From Leucoraja ocellata (taxonomy: Eukaryota), in NCBI GenBank assembly GCA_036785375.1, contig JAWMAR010000231.1, forward strand, positions 2,666,001 through 2,730,000: 64,000 bases of DNA. Reading direction: 5' to 3'. The notes beneath the pieces were generated by a model. The model saw only the letters and a program-made list of their open reading frames with translations, searched no databases and was not told where the DNA came from. The position numbers and the translations under genes are program-made. This document shows, piece by piece, positions 1-13,700 of this stretch (positions are counted from its first letter, which is position 1; every line of letters starts with the position of its first letter).

Positions 1-100
1 GACTGGCCCATTCCAGACTGCGGGAGTACATGCTGAGGGAAGCACTGAAGCTTGATGCAGCCAATGCCAAGACTCATAGGGGGAAGAGCACAGTCTAGGC
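1..100 (+). mobile_element. Tx1/L1-like LINE ORF2 3' end remnant (3' UTR probably resumes at ~466-680)
   Basis: Degenerate translation RLAHSRLREYMLR..LKLDAANAKT..GKSTV* resembles the C-terminus of Tx1-clade ORF2; AT-rich tail downstream. Confidence 0.5.
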
Positions 101-457
101 CAGGCCAGGTCAGGTTGTGGGGAACCTGCGGCCTTCTAAGCCATTAAGTGCGGCCTTTTGAATGAATCCAAATTTTGTAAAACAAATCCTTTTATTTTCA
201 TTAATATGTTTTTGCTCGTCTTTTATTATTTTAATTTTAATCTTAAAATGAACGTATTTAAAATACCAAAGAGTAAAAGAAGATTCAACAAAATAATCCT
301 CCCCGACTGACGGCCACAATTAAAACATTAGTAAGGCTATTTTAACAAAATAATGTACATTTTGAAATAGATCTGATTGAAGTATCTTGGATGCGGCCTT
401 ATTAGATTACAGCTAACTTGATGCGGCATTCCAACATGAAAAGGTTCCCCAACCCTG
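101..457. mobile_element. hAT (Charlie-like) MITE
   Basis: Imperfect TIRs CAGGTTGTGGGGAACC (111-126) / GGTTCCCCAACCCTG (443-457); 8-bp TSD-like gtctaggc (93-100) / gtctagac (458-465); left end has a cagg stutter. Confidence 0.65.
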
Positions 458-789
458 GTCTAGACTCTTTCTGCTGTTGGACATTGAGGAGCTAAGTGGG
501 GGTACCAAATAATCAATGGAAGAAATACCACCCCTGGGGGCCATGTGAGTGACAATGGTGCTATGAGCACAGAAAAAGAGAGGTGCTAACACTACTGGGT
601 AGAACAGTAGCAATATTGAATGTATTGAATGTATTGTGAATTTTGCACTCTTTTTGTTTAATATGTATTTTTCTATTAAGAACAATGATTGTTTTTGAAA
701 TATAATAAAATTGGACAAAAACCTAGGGAGGTTTATGGGGACGTGCAAGATCATGGATGCTCTTTGGACAAAGAAATAAAAAGGTAGAA

Positions 790-1505
790 TATACTGTAAA
801 TGAATGGAGTTCAGTGGGATCTGGAGTACAGAGGCATTCTTGTGTATGATCACCAAATGTTAGCAGGAAGGTCCAATATGTAGCAAAGAAGGCAATTGAC
901 CCGTTTTTGCAAATATCTGGAGTTTAATAATAGGGAAGTTATGTCATAATTGTATAGGGTGTTGGTGAGACAATGCTTGGAATAATGAACAGTTTTGGTC
1001 CCCTTACCTAAATAAGGATATGGTAGCATTGAGGGCAGACCAATTCACGAGGGTAAATCCTTGGTTGTCCTACCAGGGGAGGTAGGCAATATAGGTCTTT
1101 TTTCTTTGGAGTTTCGACAATTGAGGGGGTGGCCTTATTGAGACATGTATGACCTTGAAGGGTTATGACAGAATTGATATTGAAGTGTTTTTACCAGTGG
1201 GAGAGTCTCAAATGAGAACACATTGTTAAAAGGTAATGAGCAGTTAATTAAAAATGGAGGTGTATAGAGATTTATTTTTTACATAATGTGGAGAGTCTAT
1301 GCAATTCTCTACCGCCAACAGCTGTGGAAGCTAGATCATTAGAAGTATCCAAGGTGAAGGTAGATACATTTTTGAAAAACTGGGGAATTCTGGACCATGA
1401 GGAACTACCACAGAAGAGGAGCTGAGGTCAACATGGATCAGCCACAATCATGTCCAATAGTGGGACAGGGTTGAGAGGCATGGCTAACGTACTCATGCTC
1501 CTGTT
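790..1505 (+). mobile_element. Old degenerate CR1 LINE 3' fragment
   Basis: Diverged but colinear with the CR1 3' region at 5150-6025. Confidence 0.7.
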
Positions 1506-1726
1506 ATCCAGTGTGTCATGATCAGGACTTCAGGGGGGGAGGTAAGAACATCACATTTAAAGCATCCTTTCCTTATTTTGATGGGCTATCCACACTATCA
1601 AATGTGGCAATGACATATTTATTGCATTGCATTACATCCATGGCACAAATAACGAAGAACAAACATATACGAACTGTGAACTTTCAAAAAAGAATTCATT
1701 CATTTCCAACGTCTGCATAAACTTAC

Positions 1727-1764
1727 CCTTCACCTTCTAGTTCATCTGGTCCAAGAGGGAAACC
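1727..1764 (-). CDS. GRHL1: GRHL1 exon 12 (38 nt), [13 protein letters not shown]
   Basis: Acceptor tttcacag|GGT; donor GAA GG|gtaagt; resembles recalled human VLPIASEELEGEG. Confidence 0.9.
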
Positions 1765-4700
1765 CTGTGAAAAGTCATGGAATTCAATAATAGTTCATCT
1801 TGTAAAATTCCTGCACTTAGTACTGTAAAAAAAAAAGCTTTCTCACTTCAATCACTGGTATCAATATCAGTGTCCTCTCATCCATATTCAAAATTAACTA
1901 ACCGAACGTTCTGGTAATTTTGATTCATTTGAGGAACAAGATCTTGATTGCCCACTGCCATCCAAGTACGCTTGTAAGAAAATGGGAATTTATGGTAACC
2001 CAAATACCATCTCTGAAAATCACCTATTAATCCAGCATTATAAGAAAGGGGTGGATAGTTAACCAAAGTGCCCAGCCACTCAGTTTGAGCTATGCTTCCT
2101 GATAAATACAAAGTGCTAGTGGAACTCCACGGGTCAGGCAGCATCGGGGGAGGGGATGAACAGACATCATTTCCCGGTTGGGACCCTTCTTCAGACTGAT
2201 TCATAATAAAATAAAATAATAAATATGATAACGGTTAATTATACAGTAATTTCTTATATCACAAATAAAGGGGTAATGTAAGAATTCATTCTTTTCTTTA
2301 AAATAACAAATCCTGCAGCATTACCAGACCATGCAATATCTTATGGCTATGCTAAAATAGAAACCAGCTACATCACAAACCACTTGCAACAAGCCTTTCT
2401 ATGTTACAGGTAAAGATATTGTACATACATGCGCACTACGTTGCTGGATGTCGGGAATGAAGAGCACAGGCTGGGTGGCATGATCGTCAATGGATTTAAA
2501 GACAGTGGCTTCCATCTGCTTGTGGTTGGGGATCATGGGTATCTTTGAGTCGTGGACTGAAATTAGAAATTACAACATGAGACGATGAGAACAGATTATA
2601 CAATGATGGCTAGTGTTAGCCGGGAATCATGTAAAATTGTAACGCGCAGAAGACACTTAGAGTAACCAATACAATATCTCCTGGAACATTCCTGGCTTTG
2701 TAACTGTTGCATTTGTCTACTCACATGCATTGAGATGGGAACCACCATCGCTGGATTTGGACTTTTTACGGGATTGCTTGCGTTCCTCATCACGTATCTT
2801 CCGTTCTGCACCCTGTTCATCAGGAATCAGGCATGGGGAAAGGAAAGACATTTTACTCATCTTACAGCCATTTCCAATCATTTTCTGCTGTGTTAAAGTT
2901 GGAAAGGACATTGAGCAGCCACCGCACCAACATGGCGTTATTGTTGCTTATTTATTCTGCTCCTTTGATGTTTACCAAATTTATTCTGTGCAAAATATTC
3001 TGTGTAAAACACTTTAGTTTACAAAGCACCATGATGGCTTCACAATATCTAAACACAGTTTATAGGGATTGTAATTGCAGGTTTTGTACAAATGTTATGA
3101 AGTCCTGCCACTGGCAGATATTACAAGGGCCGATGTGTGGTGTTAGGCCGTTAAAAGATACAAAATAAAATGTTTTAGTTGAAATGTTTTAGTTAAAATG
3201 ACATTAGTTTGGAGGATGTGGAATCGGTATGGGTAGAGCTGCACAACACTAAGGGGCAGAAAACGCTGGTGGGTGTTGTGTACAGGCCACCTAACAGTAG
3301 TAGTGAAGTTGGAGATGGTATCAAACAGGAAATTAGAAATGCGTGCGACAAAGGCAAAACGGTTATAATGGGTGACTTCAATCTACATATAGATTGGGTG
3401 AATCAAATTGGCAGGGGTGCTGAGGAAGAGGATTTCTTGGAATGTATGCGGGATAGTTATCTAAATCAACATGTAGAGGAACCAACGAGAGAGCAGGCTA
3501 TTTTAGACTGGGTATTGAGTAATGAGGAAGGGTTAGTTAGCAATCTTGTTGTACGTGCCCCCTTGGGCAAGAGTGACCATAATATGGTTGAGTTCTTCAT
3601 TAGGATGGAGAGTGACATTGTTAATTCAGAAACAATGGTTCTGAACTTAAAGAAAGGTAACTTTGAGGGTATGAGACGTGAATTGGCCAAGATTGACTGG
3701 CAATTAATTCTAAAAGGGTTGACGGTGGATATGCAATGGAAGACATTTAAAGACTGCATGGATGAACTACAAAAATTGTTCATCCCAGTTTGGCAAAAGA
3801 ATAAATCAGGGAAGGTAGTACATCCATGGATAACAAGGGAAATCAGGGATAGTATCAAAGCGAAGGATGATGCGTACAAATTAGCCAGAAAAAGCAGCAT
3901 ACCGGAGGACTGGGAGAAATTCAAAGACCAGCAGAGGAGGACAAAGGGCTTAATTAGGAAAGGAAAAATAGATTATGAAAGAAAACTGGCAGGGAACATA
4001 AAAACTGACTGCAAAAGTTTTTATAGATATGTGAAAAGAAAGAGATTAGTTAAAACAAATGTAGGTCCCTTGCAGTCAGAAACAGGGGAGTTGATCATGG
4101 GGAACAAGGATATGGCGGACCAATTGAATAACTACTTTGGTTCCGTCTTCACTAAGGAAGACATAAATAATTTGCCGGAAATAGCAGGGGACCGCGGGTC
4201 AAAGGAGTTGGAGGAATTGAGTGAAATCCAGGTTAGCCGGGAAGTGGTGTTGGGTAAATTGAATGGATTAAAGGCCAATAAATCCCGAGGGCCAGATAGG
4301 CTGCATCCCAGAGTACTTAAGGAAGTAGCTCCAGAAATAGTGGATGCATTAGTAATAATCTTTCAAAACTCTTTAGATTCTGGAGTAGTTCCTGAAGATT
4401 GGCGGGTAGCAAACGTAACCCCACTTTTTAAGAAGGGAGGGAGAGAGAAAATGGGGAATTACAGACCAGTTAGTCTAACATCGGTAGTGGGGAAACTGCT
4501 AGAGTCAGTTATTAAAGATGGGATAGCAGCACATTTGGAAAGTGGTGAAATCATTGGACAAAGTCAGCATGGATTTACGAAAGGTAAATCATGTCTGACG
4601 AATCTTATAGAATTTTTCGAGGATGTAACTAGTAGCGTGGATAGGGGAGAACCAGTGGATGTGGTGTATCTGGACTTCCAGAAGGCTTTCGACAAGGTCC

Positions 4701-7700
4701 CACATAAGAAATTAGTATACAAACTTAAAGCACAAGGCATTGGGGGTTCAGTATTGATGTGGATAGAGAACTGGCTGGCAAACAGGAAGCAAAGAGTAGG
4801 AGTAAACGGGTCCTTTTCACAATGGCAGGCAGTGACTAGTGGGGTACCCCAAGGCTCAGTACTGGGACCCCAGCTATTTACAATATATATTAATGATCTG
4901 GATGAGGGAATTGAAGGCAATATCTCCAAGTTTGCGGATGACACTAAGCTGGGGGGGCAGTGTTAGCTGTGAGGAGGATGCTAGGAGACTGCAGGGTGAC
5001 TTGGATAGGCTGGGTGAGTGGGCAAATGTTTGGCAGATGCAGTATAATGTGGATAAATGTGAGGTTATCCATTTTGGTGGCAAAAACAGGAAAGCAGACT
5101 ATTATCTAAATGGTGGCCGATTGGGAAAGGGGGAGATGCAGCGAGACCTGGGTGTCATGGTACACCAGTCATTGAAGGTAGGCATGCAGGTGCAGCAGGC
5201 AGTAAAGAAAGCGAATGGTATGTTAGCTTTCATTGCAAAAGGATTTGAGTATAGGAGCAGAGAGGTTCTACTGCAGTTGTACAGGGTCTTGGTGAGACCA
5301 AGATACCTTGGTAAAATTGTTACGGAGGCAGGCGCGGGCACACCGCGACGCCCTGTGTCTCCCTTTCAAGGGAGATGCTAAAAATGCATTTCGTTGTCTC
5401 TGTACTGTACACTGACAATGACAATAAATTGAATCATTTCATTTTTTCATTTTTTTCACCACACCTGGAGTATTGCGTACAGTTTTGGTCTCCAAATCTG
5501 AGGAAGGACATTATTGCCATAGAGGGAGTGCAGAGACGGTTCACCAGACTGATTCCTGGGATGTCAGGACTGTCTTATGAAGAAAGACTGGATAGTCTTG
5601 GTTTATACTCTCTAGAATTTAGAAGATTGAGAGGGGATCTTATAGAAACTTACAAAATTCTTAAGGGGTTGGACAGGCTAGATGCAGGAAGATTGTTCCC
5701 GATGTTAGGGAAGTCCAGGACAAGGGGTCACAGCTTAAGGATAAAGGGGAAATCCTTTAAAACCGAGATGAGAAGAACTTTTTTCACGCAGAGAGTGGTG
5801 AATCTCTGGAACTCTCTGCCACAGAGGGTAGTTGAGGCCACTTCATTGGCTATATTTAAGAGGGAGTTAGATGTGGCCCTTGTGGCTAAGGGGATCAGGG
5901 GGTATGGAGAGAAGGCAGGTACGGGATACTGAGTTGGATGATCAGCCATGATCATATTGAATGGCGGTGCAGGCTCGAAGGGCCGAATGGCCTACTCCTG
6001 CACCTAATTTCTATGTTTCTATGTCTCCTTTCCTTGGTCCATTAGTCCCAGAGAGAAGAGGAGCTTGGAAGTAACCCCGAGGCTGAACATCACATGTAAT
6101 CATCTCAAGCACAAATCATTAAACATTGGAGGAAGCAATACGCCATGAACAATATAATGAACTATTGTTTAAGAAAGAACTGCAGATGTTGGTAAAATCG
6201 AAGGTAGACACAAAATGCTGGAGAAACTTAGCGGGTGAGGCAGCATTTATGGAGAGCAGTCTGAAGAAGGGTCTCGACCTAAAACTTCGCCAATTCCTTC
6301 TCTTCATAGATGCTGCCTCACCCGCTGAGTTTCTCCAGCATTTTGTGTCTACCTTCAATATAATTAACTAATTGTACACAAGAAATAAAACAGAAGTGGA
6401 CCATACACTCCTTCCAGTTTGCTCAGTCTTTCAATAACATTAGGGCTGAATCTGTTGCGTACATTCACTTTTCTACCTGACACTTTTGCTGTTCTATTCA
6501 TTTCAGAAATATATTCAGCAACTGAACATCCATGGCCCTCTGGTAGTGAATTCCAGAAATTCACAATAACACATAAAAAAAACTTCCTCATTTCATCCCT
6601 GAATAACCCCTTATCCCTACACTGTATTCCCGACTTTGGGCTTTCCAACCAAAATAAATGGTTAGGCCTACACCCTGTGACACCCCTCTCAATGGGATCA
6701 CCTCTAGGTCTTATAAAGTGCAGTGAGAATAGGCCAAGCGCTCCCTATACACTTTTCAGCCCCCTCAACCAAAAACTCATTCTTGGGGTCAGTGCAACAT
6801 AAGTTTACAAGGCCAGTACATCCTTCTTCCAATATGTTGACCAAAGTGGCACACAGAGGTTTTGCCAAAGCCCTGTACAAAACAACAAGGTTTTTGTACA
6901 TTAATACCAATAAGGTTGCAAATTGCCTTTCAATTACTCGTTTTACCTGCATACTTATTTTCTACATTTTCCAAATCCACACACCATTCGTCCTGTAGAT
7001 CAAAGCTCATCGTTTTTTTTAAATTGTTTTTATTTACAAATTACACCCCAGAATGTTTTCTTATACTGAATTTGCTGTGCCACCTACTGGACCACTTGCT
7101 GGATGTCTAAGTCCTGGTGCCAAGTTCCAGTCCTCTCCACAGCTCACTTGCCCACTTTGTATCCTCAGCAAACTTGAACGCATCATCAAAGTCACTCATA
7201 TGTGAAGTGCTGAGGACTCGCGCTAATCTCTCTGGCACCCTACCACTGACAGTCTGCCAACACAAACAAGAGATTCATTCTTGCTCTTGCTGGTTAAAGG
7301 AACTCCTCCGTGCACTGATATGTCATCCCCAATCACATGGACCCTTGTTTAACCCAATGCCATTTGATGCAGTTCCCTGTCAACCACCTTTTGAAAATTT
7401 GGATTTACTGCGTTCACTGGCTGTCCTTTATCTGCTCTGCAAGCAATATTATTGGAAAAAAATCACATTAAAACATACTAGACATGGTTTAGCTTTCACA
7501 ATATCATGCCTACTCTATCCAATCATAAGTTTTGATTTTCCTAGTGTCCTATCACTGTCTCCCTTTCATGATGGATTCCAACATTTCTCCACAAGCTGAC
7601 GACAGGCTAACTGGTCTATTGATTCTTGTCTCTCCTGTCTTAAATGGTGTTGACGTATTTGCAACACTTCCAATCTGTTGAGACTATTTCTGAATCTAAA

Positions 7701-10700
7701 GAACTTTGAACCATCACTAATATATGCACCTTGTTCAGAATCTCTTTGATGGGGTTCCAGTCCACATACGTTTGTCCAATACTCCCTCCTTAAGATATAA
7801 ATACTCCCTCGTTAAGATGCTACAATCTTCTATTATTAGTACAGAGCTCGCTGCAACTGAGCACTGTATGCAAATTGAACGGTCAATATGCAGTCAAATG
7901 GTAATAGCAGACTAAAAGGAAAAAGTTAGGTTTTTATTCCAACAACGTACCTTGTCACAGAACACTTTAATCTGGCAGTGTGCCCTGTGGACAGGCTTGT
8001 TGCTTCGAGTGTTGTAGCTGTAAGTATCGATCTGTATGTTCAGTGGTAGCCCTTTGACCCCTTTCTGAGAAGAGAAATCTGTGCTGAGACAGTTGACTGC
8101 GATGAAAATCTGAAATGGAAAGCAGGAATCTTAAGTTTAGCAAGTTAGCTATAAAGTGACAAAGCAAATACTTATACATTTAATGAATACAGTACATTTT
8201 GGCTTGTATTTAGCTTTAATTCCATAATGTAAGAGACAGACACACATTTTGTAAAGTCCTATTTCTAATACAGTCCTTCACAAGTAGCAACGAGTGAAGA
8301 TTGTGGTTGTGATTTTACAGCCATGCACATCATCAATATATCAATATCAATATCAACCTTTATTGTCATCTTGCAAGCAACAGTTGTACAGTGCAAAATG
8401 AAAAGACGTTTCCCAGTGAATAGCGGAGCATCGCACATGAAATTTAAAACACTTCACACATAATAACACTAAAAAAACAATCCAGTCCCTGATGGAACAG
8501 TATAAATAGTTAAAAGCAGGTAAAAAACACAATGTTAAAATACAGTAAACCAATCATAAAAAATGTCCGGGGCCGCTGATTTGAGTGGCCAGTGCCAGTT
8601 ATTAAAGTGTCCGTGCCAGCCGCAGAGTCAAAGGACTTGGAGTCCTTTGGAGTCAGAGTCATCCGTGTACCATGAGCATTGCATGGGACACTTGGGATCA
8701 AGGATGACCTACATGCACTCCAGTTCTCTGTGTTTCTGAGGTGGTTGATGAGGATAAAGTGGGGTCTATAGACTTGTCTACAGGTGGGGCAGAGGGCTGC
8801 CTGAAGCAGGCCGAGTGGACAGGTAATTCGGGAGACGTTGTGCTCCTTCCGCTATCTCTGATGAGCTTCCATGTGCCCTCGACACGAGGTTCTCAGCACC
8901 GCCCCAAATTTTCCTTTTCTACTTCGAACAGACATGGGCCAGGTATTCCCAAGATCAGTGGGGACTGCACTTCTTAAGGAAGGCTTTCTCTGTCTGCCTG
9001 GTAATCCCTACCCATGACAGTGCTCAGATGGAGCGACTGTGTCAGGATGCTGACACTGCACAGGTGATTCACACATCTGTCCAGCTGACGGTGGGGAGGT
9101 TGGAGAAGACCCTGGTCAACTCATCATTGAAGGATTTTGTGGAGATAATATTCATGTTGCCTCTCCAGTGCCTTGAGATGCCTGCTCTGGATAGTCCATA
9201 ACTCAGAAACACACAAGGCAGGGATCACTGCTACCCAGTAGACCATGAGCTTTGGGTCAGGTTCATGGTTTTGACCTTCAAACATCCTTTTCCTCGGTCA
9301 AACTAGGGTTCAAAGTTATGCTTTACAAAATGTGAATGAACCTAGATCAATATGTCAATGGGTGACTTTACACTGTGAAGATTCAACAACTGTATCGATC
9401 TGGCCCCACAACAAGTAAGACTGAAATATATCATGAAGGAAGGCAAAGTTTCATTGACTAAAAAACTCCATTTAGTGGGACAGAGTTATGGAGGGTGCAA
9501 TAGATGTGGAATTTTTGTTCAACATTTGCTACAGAGTCATCTCCTACACATATTAAAATTGCTGACATGCCATGACAGAAATCCTGTCATTGAGGGAAAA
9601 TCGTTTGAAAAATAATTAGAATAATTATGGAAAGTGTTATTACAACCACCGCTACTTTGCCAGCAGGTGCAACTTGTAGCTACTAAAAGCCTGGCTCACT
9701 TCACTTCACTGAAAGTTTTACATTTCAAATCTTAAAAACATTTAGATTTATGGATTATTTCCTTAGCCTCGGAATATCCCAAACCACATCACAGTCAATG
9801 AATTACTTTTAATATGTTACCAAAGTGACTATTAAAGCAGATAAGACAGCAAGTTAGTCACGCTAATGATAAAAATAAATTATTGTTAAAGGGACTGTCC
9901 CACTTGGGTGACCTAATTGGCGAGTTTAGAAGAGTTTAAAAAAATGACATGTTGAAGACCTCCTTCGACTATGTAGAAGACCTGTTTTGACCTCCTTCAA
10001 CTATGTTGAAGACTAGCTTCAACTAGCTACCACTAACTTCTGGAAAATTGGACACCGAATAGTGGAGAGTGCAGACGACCTCCTTCGATCTCCTTTGACC
10101 TTCCTTCAACTATGATGGACTATCTATGACTACCTTCGACTACCTTCAATTACCTACAACTAACATGCCGACCTGACCTACTACGACCTACTACTACGAC
10201 CTACTACTAAACCTACTAGTAAAAAAAGTATTGATTTTTGCTATGGCAACCTTTTTTTTTACTCCAGGCATTTTCTAACATATTGAAAAAAACGACGCGA
10301 CCTAGCCGAGGCCTCAAGTGCGCAGAGACCACTCTCGAGCATGAAGGAGAGTTACGAAGATCTCCTACGACGTTGTGTCGACCATGCTGCGAGTACGAGT
10401 CGAGGGCAAACTCGCCAGAACTCGCGGATTAGGTCGCCCAAGTGGGACAGGCCCTTAAGCATTGGTTGTTCAAGTAATGCCAGTAACCTGTGGTGGGCTC
10501 ATCCTTCTTCCAATTTTAAGAATTTCTTCCTTCCCCAATTATAATTTCAAATGAGAGATTATCTTCAACTATTGGTGAGTGGTGTTAATAATGCAGCATT
10601 CTCTCCTGGCATTGAAATGACGGTGCAGATTATTTGATTAAAATGTGATGGTAATCATGAACCTTCCGACTTTCTGACTTAGAAAATGACAAAATTGGAC

Positions 10701-13700
10701 ACACTTGTGGCAAGAACAAAACATAACACCCTTCTACCAAACGCAAAGATTTCTGCTTGTCCGTCAGTTATCCCCATCTCAGGAAATCAATCCGACATTT
10801 TCACAGAGATCAACTCCAGCTTCCCTTAATCAATAGGAACAGATTTAGGAATACCTTCCCACTATGGGTGGTGTGGGAAAACCTTTGAGTATGACCAGAA
10901 CATGTATAACGATACAGTTGCCTATTTTAGGGCAGATGTGGTTCAGAAATGCTGAAAAAGTAACATAAAATGGAAGGGAAAACAAGCCAACAATCTATCT
11001 GCTTCCAATGTTACCATTTCAGCTGTTAAACTTAGGCTGGCGTACAAACTGAAAGCACCAATAAGATTTTTTTTTTTTAAAGCCAATGAAAATAAAACTA
11101 TGTGCTAAAAATCTGAAATAAAAATAGAAAATCTCAGCAGGTCGGGCAGCATCTGTCAAAAGAAAAGCAGTCTATGATTTAGGATAGCGACCATTCATCA
11201 GAATAGTTCTAACAAAGGATCACAGAATGCTGGCCTTTTCTCTTTCCACAGATGCTGCCCGACATGCTGTGTTTTTACAGCATTTTCTGTTAAAAAACAA
11301 AAAGGCTTTACTTTCAATATATTTAGAATAAATAGACAATAGGTGCAGGAGTAGGCCATTTGGCCCTTCGAGCCAGTATCACCATTTACTGTGATCATGG
11401 CTGATCATCCACAATCAGTACCCCGTTCCTGCCTTCTCCCCATATCCCTTGGATGATCAGCCATGATCATATTGAATGGCGGTGCAGGCTCGAAGGGCCG
11501 AATAGCCTACGCCTGCACCTAATTTCTATGTTTCTATGACTCCGCTTTCTTTGAGAGCGAAATCTAACTCTCCCTTTAAAGCATCCAGAGAATTGGCCTC
11601 CCCTGCCTTCTGAGGCAGAGAATTCCACAGATTCACAACTCGCTGTGAGAAAAAGTTTGTCCTCATCTCTGTTCTAAATGGCCTACCCCTTATTCTTAAA
11701 CTGTGGCCCCTGGTTCTGGACTCCCCCAACATCGGGAACACATTTCCTGCCTCTAGCGTGTCCAATCCCTTAATAATCTTATAGGTTTCAATAAGATCCT
11801 CTCTCATCCTCCTAAATTCCAGTGTATATAAGCCCAGTCGCTCCATTCTTTCAACTTATAACAGTCCCGCCATCCTGGAATTAACTTCGTGAACCTATGA
11901 TGGCAAGAATGTCATTCCTCAAATTTGGAGACCAAAACTGCACACGATAGTCCAGGTGTGGTCTCACTAGGGCCGTGTACAACTGTAGGAGGACCTCTTT
12001 GCTCCTATACTCAACTCCTCTTGTTGTGAAGGCCAACATGCCATTAGCTTTCTTCACTGCCTGCTATACCTGCATGCTTACTTTCAGTAAAAACTAAATT
12101 TTGTTAGCCCTTGCTGTCTCCTCCCCTTCCTTAGCCCTCGAGCTGTCTCCTCCCATCCCCCAGCCCTCGGGCTCCTCCTCCTCCTTTTTCCTTCCTTCTC
12201 CCCGCCATCCCCTATCAGTCTGAAGAAGGGCTTCGGCCCGAAACGTTACCTATTTCCTTCGCTCCATAGATGCTGCTGCACCCGCTGAGTTTCTCCTGCA
12301 TTTTTGTGTACCTGCTTACTTTCAGTAACTGATGAACAAGGACACCCAGATCCCGTTGTACTTCCCCTTTTCCTAACATGACACCATTCAGATAATAATC
12401 TGCCTTTCTGTTCTTGCCACCAAAGTGGATAACCTCACATTTATCCACACTAAACTGCATCTACCATGCATTTGCCCACTCACCCAACCTGTCCAAGTCA
12501 CCCTGCATCCTCATAGCATCCTCCTCACAGTTCACACTGTCACCCAGCTTTGTGACATCTGCAAATTTGCTAATATTACTCTTAACCCCTTCATCTAAAT
12601 CATTAATGTATATTGTAAATAGCTGCGGTCCCAGTACCGAGCCTGGCGGTACCCCACTAGTCACTGCCTACCATTCTGTAAGGGATCTGTTAATCCCTAC
12701 TCTTTGTTTCCTGTCGGCCAACCAATTTTCCATCCATGTCAGTACCTTACCCCCAATACCATGTGCTCTAATTTTGCCCACTAATCTCCTATGTGGGGCC
12801 AATCGATCCAAAGGATCCAAAGAAATCCAAAGGATTTCTGAAAGTCCAGGTACACTACATCCACTGGCTCTCCCTTGTCCATTTTTCTAGTTACATCCTC
12901 AAATAATTCCAGAAGATTAGTCAAGCATGATTTCCCCTTCGTAAATCCATGCTAACTCGGACCGATCCTGTTGTCCAAATGTGCCGCTATTTAATCTTTT
13001 GTAACTGACTCCAGCATCTTCCCCATCACCGATGTCAGGCTAACTGGTCTATAATTCCCTGTTTTCTCTCTCCCTCCTTTCCTAAAAAGTGGGATAACAT
13101 TAGCTACCCTCCAACCCACAGGAAATGATCCTGAATCTGTAGAACATTGGAAAATTATCACCAATGCGTCCACAATTTCTAGAGCCACTTCCTGAAGTAC
13201 CTTGGGATGCAGACCATCAGACCCTGGGGATTTATCAGTCTTCAGTCCCATCTGTCTACCCAGCACCATTTCCTGCCTAATGTAGATTTCCTTCAGTTCC
13301 TCCATCACCCTAGATCCTCGGGCCACTTGTACATCTGAGAGATTGTTTGTGTCTTCCCTAGTGACGACAGATCCAAAGTACCTGTTCAACTCGTCTGCCA
13401 TTTCCTTGTTCTCAATAATAAATTCACCTGTTTCTATCTTCAAGGGACCCATATTTGGCAACTATTGTTTTCCTCTTCACAGACCTAAAGAAGCTTTTAC
13501 TATCCTCCTTTATATTCTTGGCTAGCTTACCTTCGTCCCTCATCTTTTCTCCCCGTATTGCCTTTTTAGTTATTTTCTGTTGCTCTTTAAACGTTTCCCA
13601 AATCCTCTGGTTTGCCGCTCATCTTTGCTATGTTATACTTCTTCTCTTTTATTTTTTATACTGTCCTTGACTTCCCTTGTCAGCCACGGTCACCTCTTAA

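Noticed and set aside
413-856. 147-aa ORF (DYLVPPLSS) as candidate GRHL1 exon 13
   Set aside because: No EEPKR-like motif or matching splice sites; it overlaps a MITE and LINE 3' UTR.
3466-5955. Antisense ORFs over CR1 copies, including the recurring [15 protein letters not shown] peptide
   Set aside because: Shadow frames of the CR1 ORF2/3' UTR; they recur only because the repeat recurs.
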